IMG/VR virus record: IMGVR_UViG_3300035670_000099
Span: 29,612-93,611 of that record
Direction: 5' to 3' (one strand)
Source of the DNA: a virus
DNA length: 64,000 nucleotides
Shown here: positions 58,630 to 64,000 of the stretch, piece by piece
Position numbering within the stretch: position 1 is the stretch's first letter
Layout: each line of letters opens with the position of its first letter
The notes under the pieces: model-generated
What the model was told of the DNA's origin: nothing
Databases searched by the model: none
What the model saw: the letters and a program-made list of their open reading frames with translations, nothing else
Program-made: the position numbers and the translations under genes

Positions 58630-60033
58630 TTAAAATTGAAAATAAGGTTTTTTTTCTAATAAACTATTTTGAGCTTTAGCTAGCTCTATACCAAGATAAG
58701 CAGCATGACTTGCCAACATAGAAGGATTATTGACTAAAATCTTGCTGCAAATTAAATTGCAAGATATGCCAGAGTATTTAGCTATTTCTTCTCCATCCTT
58801 AGTCACGTGAGTTACTAAAATCCTATTGCTATCAACTTCGATAACAAAATTTCCAACAGGATCGTCAAAAACTTTTTGATTAGCAATCCGCTGGTAATAA
58901 GAACAAATAACATCATCAGCAGCAACCCAAGAGTTTTCATATATATGTGCGCTTTCACTAATAATCGTTAAAGAGCCTATTTTAATGTCTGGGTAAAAAT
59001 TTTTAATTTGACTAAAAATATAATACTGCAATCGCCTTAGCCCCATGGCATTAGATACCCAAGCAGAAAACATGTCATTACTTCTAAAAAGTGCTGTTAA
59101 GTAAAATTGATTATTATATATTTTTATCCAAATATGATTTAAGCATGGTGGAGATTGAGAAAAAATATCAGTATTAGCATCCCAAAGATTAATTACTAAT
59201 CTGTTAGAGATTTGACTTGTTTTAAGCATGTTAATAACATTTTCAATCTGATTAACACCAAAATACTCATTAATCCTAGTTCCATAGCTGTTGCTGTTAT
59301 CAGCAATGCATAATATTTGCTGCACATATTTGTTTATAAACTCTCTGCTTGTCGGTAAATAATTTGGTTCTGGGAATATTAATTCTTCTGGTTCTTCTGT
59401 AATAATAACAGTAAAATTTAATAATTCTTGCCACAAAATATTGCTTGAACTAATGTCAATTTTACCAAGACTTCTAATTCTATGCAATATTTTTACCCAA
59501 GCTTCATGAATAAATTTTGATTGTATTCTATGTCCATTTAATTCTCCGGAAACAGTCGAGACAATTGGTTTGTTTTCTGGAAAAATCATTGGAGAAGCCC
59601 ATAAATTACAACTTTTACCGCTAAATGATTTAACAGCTTTTACTAAAGAAAAAATATCTTCAAATTTGTATGATTGAACAGAAAATCGTAAGCAATCAAG
59701 AGCATTTTTTGGTATTTCAATATCAATATAAGCTGCATGTTTAGATTCTACTATCCAAGCATTTCTGCCGCCACTAGTCTTTCCTAGCCTTACTCCATTA
59801 GCAAAAAAATCCAATAAGCAATCTATAGAGCCTGAATTTAAATCATATTTACTAGCTTTTAACAAAAATAAATATCTAATATTTGTATTAGCTAATAAAT
59901 TACGTATTAACAAATTAATTCCAGGAGTGCATGAATATAATTCTTTTAATACAAAATAATTATTTGCTTCTAAATGTTTAGAGACATTAGAAGCAATTGT
60001 CCATCCTGTTGCTATAGCAATATGATTACTCAT
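58630..60033 (-). CDS. thyA: Thymidylate synthase fusion (MtrA-like N-domain, ThyA core, DUF4346-like C-domain)
   Basis: SYGTRI, PPCL, FRSND, SAHIYE; C-term DPVGNFVI...HAAYLGIELAKA; N-term GINLLIRNLLAN.NIRYL; ATG 60033 preferred. Confidence 0.85.
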   Translation of the reverse strand: MSNHIAIATGWTIASNVSKHLEANNYFVLKELYSCTPGINLLIRNLLANTNIRYLFLLKASKYDLNSGSIDCLLDFFANGVRLGKTSGGRNAWIVESKHAAYIDIEIPKNALDCLRFSVQSYKFEDIFSLVKAVKSFSGKSCNLWASPMIFPENKPIVSTVSGELNGHRIQSKFIHEAWVKILHRIRSLGKIDISSSNILWQELLNFTVIITEEPEELIFPEPNYLPTSREFINKYVQQILCIADNSNSYGTRINEYFGVNQIENVINMLKTSQISNRLVINLWDANTDIFSQSPPCLNHIWIKIYNNQFYLTALFRSNDMFSAWVSNAMGLRRLQYYIFSQIKNFYPDIKIGSLTIISESAHIYENSWVAADDVICSYYQRIANQKVFDDPVGNFVIEVDSNRILVTHVTKDGEEIAKYSGISCNLICSKILVNNPSMLASHAAYLGIELAKAQNSLLEKKPYFQF

Positions 60034-60649
60034 AAGAAACATTATGCAATGGCATGTAGCATCGTGCTTGATTATCTGGTAAATAAGATGGGCATCTCCA
60101 ACCCCAATCCTTGACTTTATAATCACACAAAAATATTCGGCTGTCTTTTTGCAAATAAATACAAGGAACAGGACGACTAAGTTTGTCATTTTTCCATAAA
60201 TGATAATCGTCGATTAGCTCTTCTACTAACCAGCTTTTAATACCAGAATAAAACATAGTTTTATATTTTCCTAAAAAATGAATATATTCTAGCAATTCTT
60301 CTAATTTTTGCAAATCTGCTCGACAATACCAAGTAATTTGAGATGTTACTCTCCATGGTTTTATAGTACCATTGCCAAGATTATGATTTTTCTGTAAAAA
60401 ATAATACGGACTACTAGTTTTATAATACCAACTTGTCTTATCATTAGATAAATACCCAATTTCTAATGGAATATTCTCTTTTATGATTATTAGCCCAGCT
60501 TTAATTTGTTCCATATCAGGGTTTTGTTTAAGCATTTTAGCATTAAACAAAATTTGATGAGACAAAATTGCGTCAAAGCTAGGATTCCAATCATTACTTA
60601 ATGCGACAGGATTGGATAAAAAGGCAACTATTTTAATGTTAGAAATCAT
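60026..60649 (-). CDS. Orphan type IV CRISPR Csf3 (Cas5-group RAMP)-like protein
   Basis: KIVAFLSNPV...PSFDAIL...PL...WYYKTSSP...ITWYCRAD...LL..IHFLGK...W.VEE...L.RPVP...GWRCPSY..N...C.MP follows the Csf3 pattern as recalled. Confidence 0.65.
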   Translation of the reverse strand: MISNIKIVAFLSNPVALSNDWNPSFDAILSHQILFNAKMLKQNPDMEQIKAGLIIIKENIPLEIGYLSNDKTSWYYKTSSPYYFLQKNHNLGNGTIKPWRVTSQITWYCRADLQKLEELLEYIHFLGKYKTMFYSGIKSWLVEELIDDYHLWKNDKLSRPVPCIYLQKDSRIFLCDYKVKDWGWRCPSYLPDNQARCYMPLHNVSYE

Positions 60650-60657
60650 GATTAAGT

Positions 60658-61335
60658 ATGAATTACCATAATATTTTGAATCTGTGTCAATACTGCGCTA
60701 AAGTCTATGTGACCGAATCTATCATAGAGCATTCAACTGATACTGAAGTTTTAATAGATAAACAGCCTGACAAAATTATTATAGCATTTTGCGGAAGTGA
60801 ATCTATTGTAGATTGGAAGCAAAATATTGATTTTATATTAAGACCATTTCCTCAAGATAGAAAATGTAAAGTGCATTCTGGTTTTCTAGAATGCTTTTTA
60901 TCTGTTAAAAACAAAATCAATAAGATTTTAGAATTAATTCAAAATGAAAAACTTCCAGTTTTCTTTACAGGACACAGCTTAGGAGGTGCTATAGCTACTT
61001 TAGCGGCTGTTGATGCAAAAATGTCTTATCAAAATCTTAATATTACTTGTGTTACTTTTGGATCTCCAAAACCAGGTGACAAAAATTTTTCTCTGCTTTA
61101 TTCTAATCTAGGAATTTCAACATATAGAGTAATTAATTCTAATGATATTGTCCCATCACTGCCAAGATGGTGGCAAGGAAATTATTATCACGTCTGCCCA
61201 GCCTATCAAATTGGATTTGCAAATATTTTCTCCGCTATTAAATTAACAAATAAAATCAAAAACCACTATGTAAGTAAATACATAGAGGTTTTAGAAAAAC
61301 AATTATCTATTAACCATTTTGATTTTACGCGTTAA
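60658..61335 (+). CDS. Class 3 lipase
   Basis: IIIAFCGS, VHSGF, TGHSLGGAIA, TFGSPKPG, DIVP.LP, terminal His (NHY). Confidence 0.92.
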   Translation: MNYHNILNLCQYCAKVYVTESIIEHSTDTEVLIDKQPDKIIIAFCGSESIVDWKQNIDFILRPFPQDRKCKVHSGFLECFLSVKNKINKILELIQNEKLPVFFTGHSLGGAIATLAAVDAKMSYQNLNITCVTFGSPKPGDKNFSLLYSNLGISTYRVINSNDIVPSLPRWWQGNYYHVCPAYQIGFANIFSAIKLTNKIKNHYVSKYIEVLEKQLSINHFDFTR

Positions 61336-61605
61336 AGCTAATTCTTTTTTTGCTTCACGATTATTAGGATCAATTCTTAAAATAGCCTTAAAATCTGCTA
61401 TCGCTTCATCGTAAAAAAGTATTTTACGATATAATAACGCACGAATTAATAGACTTTCTATGTCTTTGGGATTTCTATCTATTAATTCACTGTATTTATA
61501 AATTAATAAAGACTCATTGTTTTGCGATTGTGCGGGCAAACAATTCAACCCAAGTAAAATTGAAATAGCTATTGTCAGCTTTACGCATTGTCTTGTTAAT
61601 GTCAT
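61303..61605 (-). CDS. Signal-peptide TPR protein
   Basis: Hydrophobic leader; RALLY...YDEAIADFKAILRIDPNNREA. Confidence 0.8.
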   Translation of the reverse strand: MTLTRQCVKLTIAISILLGLNCLPAQSQNNESLLIYKYSELIDRNPKDIESLLIRALLYRKILFYDEAIADFKAILRIDPNNREAKKELALTRKIKMVNR

Positions 61606-61636
61606 GGATAAGTACTGATAATTTAAGAATACTTTT

Positions 61637-61697
61637 AATATACAACATATTTTAAATATGTCAACCTATTGACAAAATCCAAAAGGTAGTTTATAGT
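61637..61697. promoter_or_regulatory. Back-to-back sigma70-type promoters
   Basis: Plus: CTA-TTGACA(61669)-17-TATAGT; minus: TTGACA(61664)-16-TATATT. Confidence 0.65.
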
Positions 61698-61726
61698 ATT
61701 TTTAGTATTAATTTTGTAGGTGTAAT

Positions 61727-62326
61727 ATGAAAGTCCCGTATGTAAGGCTAGAAACAAAAACACTTGTGCTTAAAGACAGAGAAGTAGACATCACAAACAA
61801 GCTTTTGTTTAATAGAGCTTTGAACGAAGCCTTGAAGGAACAAAAAGCTGCAAAAAAGGAAAGTAGTAATTCTTTCCTTGTTGTAGGAAAAGAATTTAGT
61901 TATAGGATGCGGTTTCTTAAATCTGGAACTGCTGTAAATCCTAGATGGACTTCAGAGAAAAAAATAGAGAAAACTAATGTAAAATATTACCTCCCGGTAG
62001 GAGATCCATTAACAATATCAAGTTTACTTGATTTTTACGCAAGATATAAAGTTGAGCTAGAGGCGGCAAATCTTGAAATCAAAAAAAGAGGTAGGCCTAA
62101 ATTACCAGCTGAATTAAGAAAGCCAAGAAAAAAGTATCCTAAGCCTCCATCTTTGTCCTTAAAGAAAAGAGGAAGACCAAAGTCTGAAAAGACTTTAGCT
62201 AAAGAAAGATGGATTAAATGGCATGAAGATAGCGGTGTACCTATAGCTCCTCGAAAAAGAGGAAGGCCATTGAAAAAAACTTTGTGGTATACTTGCGAAT
62301 TGCCACCAAATTATGTAAAATTATAA
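61727..62326 (+). CDS. Basic DNA-binding protein with three AT-hooks
   Basis: KKRGRPK, KKRGRPK, RKRGRPL. Confidence 0.75.
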   Translation: MKVPYVRLETKTLVLKDREVDITNKLLFNRALNEALKEQKAAKKESSNSFLVVGKEFSYRMRFLKSGTAVNPRWTSEKKIEKTNVKYYLPVGDPLTISSLLDFYARYKVELEAANLEIKKRGRPKLPAELRKPRKKYPKPPSLSLKKRGRPKSEKTLAKERWIKWHEDSGVPIAPRKRGRPLKKTLWYTCELPPNYVKL

Positions 62327-62329
62327 AAT

Positions 62330-62352
62330 AATAGGCAGGTTATCTGCCTATT
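62330..62352 (+). terminator. Hairpin/terminator
   Basis: AATAGGCAG-5 nt-CTGCCTATT. Confidence 0.55.
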
Positions 62353-62373
62353 TAATATTATTGAGTTAAAGAC

Positions 62374-62895
62374 ATGAAAGAACATTTAAAAGTAGAAAAC
62401 AAAGATCTATCGTCTCTAAAGCCTTACATTAATAATGCTAAATTGCATCCTGAAGAACAAATACTTAAAATAGCTAGGAGTATCAAAGAATTAGGCTTTC
62501 TAGATCCAGTAGCTGTAGATGAGAATAATGAAATATTAGAAGGACACGGCAGATTTTTGGCTGCAAAATTACTGGGATTAGAAACAATTCCTACTATAAC
62601 TATCACTAATTTATCTAAAGATGAAAAAATAGCGTATAGAATTGCGCACAATAAATTGACAATGGATACAGGCTGGGATCTTGAGCTATTGCAATTTGAT
62701 TTACAACAAATAGAGGATTTAGATATTTCATTATCAGGTTTTGATAAATTTGAATTTTCCTCTTTTTATGAAGATGAAGAGGATGAAAGTGAAGATCAAG
62801 ATGAAGATGAAGACTTGCCATTATCCAAAGAAATTTTAGATGATGATTTAAAGAAATATAAACACACATGTCCAGAGTGTGGATTTAAATGGTAA
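62374..62895 (+). CDS. ParB/Srx N-terminal domain protein with acidic linker and CPECG tail
   Basis: LKPYINNAKLH...SIKELGFLDPV.VD....ILEGHGR..AA...YRIAHNKL. Confidence 0.88.
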   Translation: MKEHLKVENKDLSSLKPYINNAKLHPEEQILKIARSIKELGFLDPVAVDENNEILEGHGRFLAAKLLGLETIPTITITNLSKDEKIAYRIAHNKLTMDTGWDLELLQFDLQQIEDLDISLSGFDKFEFSSFYEDEEDESEDQDEDEDLPLSKEILDDDLKKYKHTCPECGFKW

Positions 62896-63869
62896 AAGAT
62901 TTAACTGTTATTAGTACTTTTGCTGGTGGCGGAGGATCTAGTCTTGGCTATAATTTAGCTGAATACAAAGAATTGCTAGCTATTGAATGGGATTCTAACG
63001 CTGCCGAATGTTTAAAGGCTAATTTTCCTGATTTACCTGTATTCCAGCAAGATATAAAAAAAATTACATCTAAAAAAATATTAGATTTTACTGGATTAGC
63101 GCCAGGAGAATTAGATTTATTAGATGGCTCTCCGCCTTGTCAAGGATTTTCAACTACAGGCAAAAGAGATTATAAAGATCAAAGAAATAATCTTTTTATA
63201 GAGTTTGTTAGACTTCTTAAAGATTTACAGCCAAGATCTTTTTTAATGGAAAATGTGTCTGGAATGATTATAGGAGCTAATAAAAAGACATATTTATTAT
63301 GTGTAGATGAATTAAGACAGGCTGGATATGTAATAAAATCTGGGCTATATAATACCAAATACTTTGGTGTTCCTCAATCTAGAGAGAGATTAATTATTAT
63401 AGGCATTAGAAAAGATTTAGGCATAGCACCAACTTTAATTGAAAATAAAACAAAGCCTATTACAGTAAAAAATGCTTTTAAAGGATTAGATGATAATTCT
63501 GGAATAGAATTTCCAGATTGGCTTAAAAAAGCAACATTAGAAATGATTCCAGGTAATTTTGGAAAAGAACATGTAGAAAGAGCTTTTATAAAATATAGAG
63601 GAAATCCAAATGGTGCAAGATCTTTTAAATTATTAGCATGGGATAAACCATCTTGTACAGTCACAAAAACTTGGATTCTACCATCTGGTATAGCACATCC
63701 AGATAAACAAAGATATATTAATATTTCTGAAATAAAAAGATTGTGCAGTTTCCCAGATAATTACAAATTGCCTGGTAAATTTACAGATCAATTAGCAAGA
63801 ATGGGTAATTCCGTACCACCATTGTTTGCAAAGCATTTAGCAGAGCATATAAAAAATTTATTGTCATAA
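62889..63869 (+). CDS. C5 DNA cytosine methyltransferase
   Basis: STFAGGGG, GSPPCQGFS, ENV, PQSRER, GNSVPP. Confidence 0.95.
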   Translation: MVKDLTVISTFAGGGGSSLGYNLAEYKELLAIEWDSNAAECLKANFPDLPVFQQDIKKITSKKILDFTGLAPGELDLLDGSPPCQGFSTTGKRDYKDQRNNLFIEFVRLLKDLQPRSFLMENVSGMIIGANKKTYLLCVDELRQAGYVIKSGLYNTKYFGVPQSRERLIIIGIRKDLGIAPTLIENKTKPITVKNAFKGLDDNSGIEFPDWLKKATLEMIPGNFGKEHVERAFIKYRGNPNGARSFKLLAWDKPSCTVTKTWILPSGIAHPDKQRYINISEIKRLCSFPDNYKLPGKFTDQLARMGNSVPPLFAKHLAEHIKNLLS

Positions 63870-63881
63870 TCACTTAAACCA

Positions 63882-63950
63882 CAAGCAGTTTAGGGAGAAA
63901 AAAGTTTTTTTTCTAAACTGCTTGACAAACAGAAAAAAGTAGTTTATATT
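63882..63950 (+). promoter_or_regulatory. 12-bp inverted repeat overlapping a sigma70-type promoter
   Basis: CAAGCAGTTTAG...CTAAACTGCTTG (63882-63924); TTGACA(63922)-17-TATATT. Confidence 0.65.
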
Positions 63951-63981
63951 AAAAACATACACAGAGAACGGAGAGAGGACA

Positions 63982-64000
63982 ATGTTTAACGATAAGTTAG
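63982..64000 (+). CDS. Start of a CDS running off the window (MFNDKL...)
   Basis: ATG with GAGAGGA RBS downstream of a promoter. Confidence 0.5.

Noticed and set aside
58630-60033. dCMP hydroxymethylase / DNA hypermodification system
   Set aside because: The residue pattern favours dUMP specificity and no glycosyltransferase or other modification genes are adjacent; not excluded outside the window.
62374-62895. ParABS plasmid partition system
   Set aside because: Only the ParB/Srx N-domain is present, with no HTH or ParA; this form commonly accompanies phage methyltransferases.
1-64000. tRNA, rRNA, integrase, terminase, portal, intein or alternative genetic code
   Set aside because: None recognised by eye; standard-code ORFs tile the window densely.

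Overview
This 64 kb window is AT-rich, gene-dense DNA from a large tailed phage with a non-contractile, lambda-type tail tip. The host is very probably a cyanobacterium, inferred from a SigF-like sigma factor, a cyanobacterial-type ThyA fusion, an IS1 InsA-like domain and cadherin-like motifs. All protein assignments come from motif recognition by eye, not database searches. Layout: (1) 1-12.2 kb, minus strand: receptor-binding and baseplate-like genes, including a 24-aa LRR-repeat protein and a tandem paralog pair. (2) 12.3-22.1 kb, plus strand: capsid, neck, three tail-tube paralogs and a tail chaperone with a -1 frameshift, interrupted by a sigma-InsA fusion. (3) 22-27 kb: small early genes, HNH nuclease, M15 endolysin and SF2 helicase. 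(4) 27.5-33.6 kb: scrambled lambda-like tail-tip genes (K, M, split J, I, M, L). (5) 33.6-38.5 kb: a plasmid-like operon of small membrane proteins ending in an FtsK/SpoIIIE ATPase, bracketed by two inverted arrays of an 8-mer (TAnTTCyG) at 11-bp spacing. This resembles the Streptomyces TraB/Spd/clt dsDNA transfer system and is the best candidate for an undescribed system. (6) dcd, a holin-like gene and a 6235-aa tape measure protein carrying a repeat-flanked JAB/RadC-like cassette. (7) 58.6-64 kb: ThyA fusion, an orphan type IV Csf3/Cas5-like gene, lipase, TPR, AT-hook, ParB-like and C5 methyltransferase genes. Two promoter classes are visible: host-type TTGACA-N17-TAnnnT and a putative late motif TGGCAAC 33-42 nt upstream of several late genes. 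No terminase, portal, tRNA, CRISPR array or reverse transcriptase was seen.
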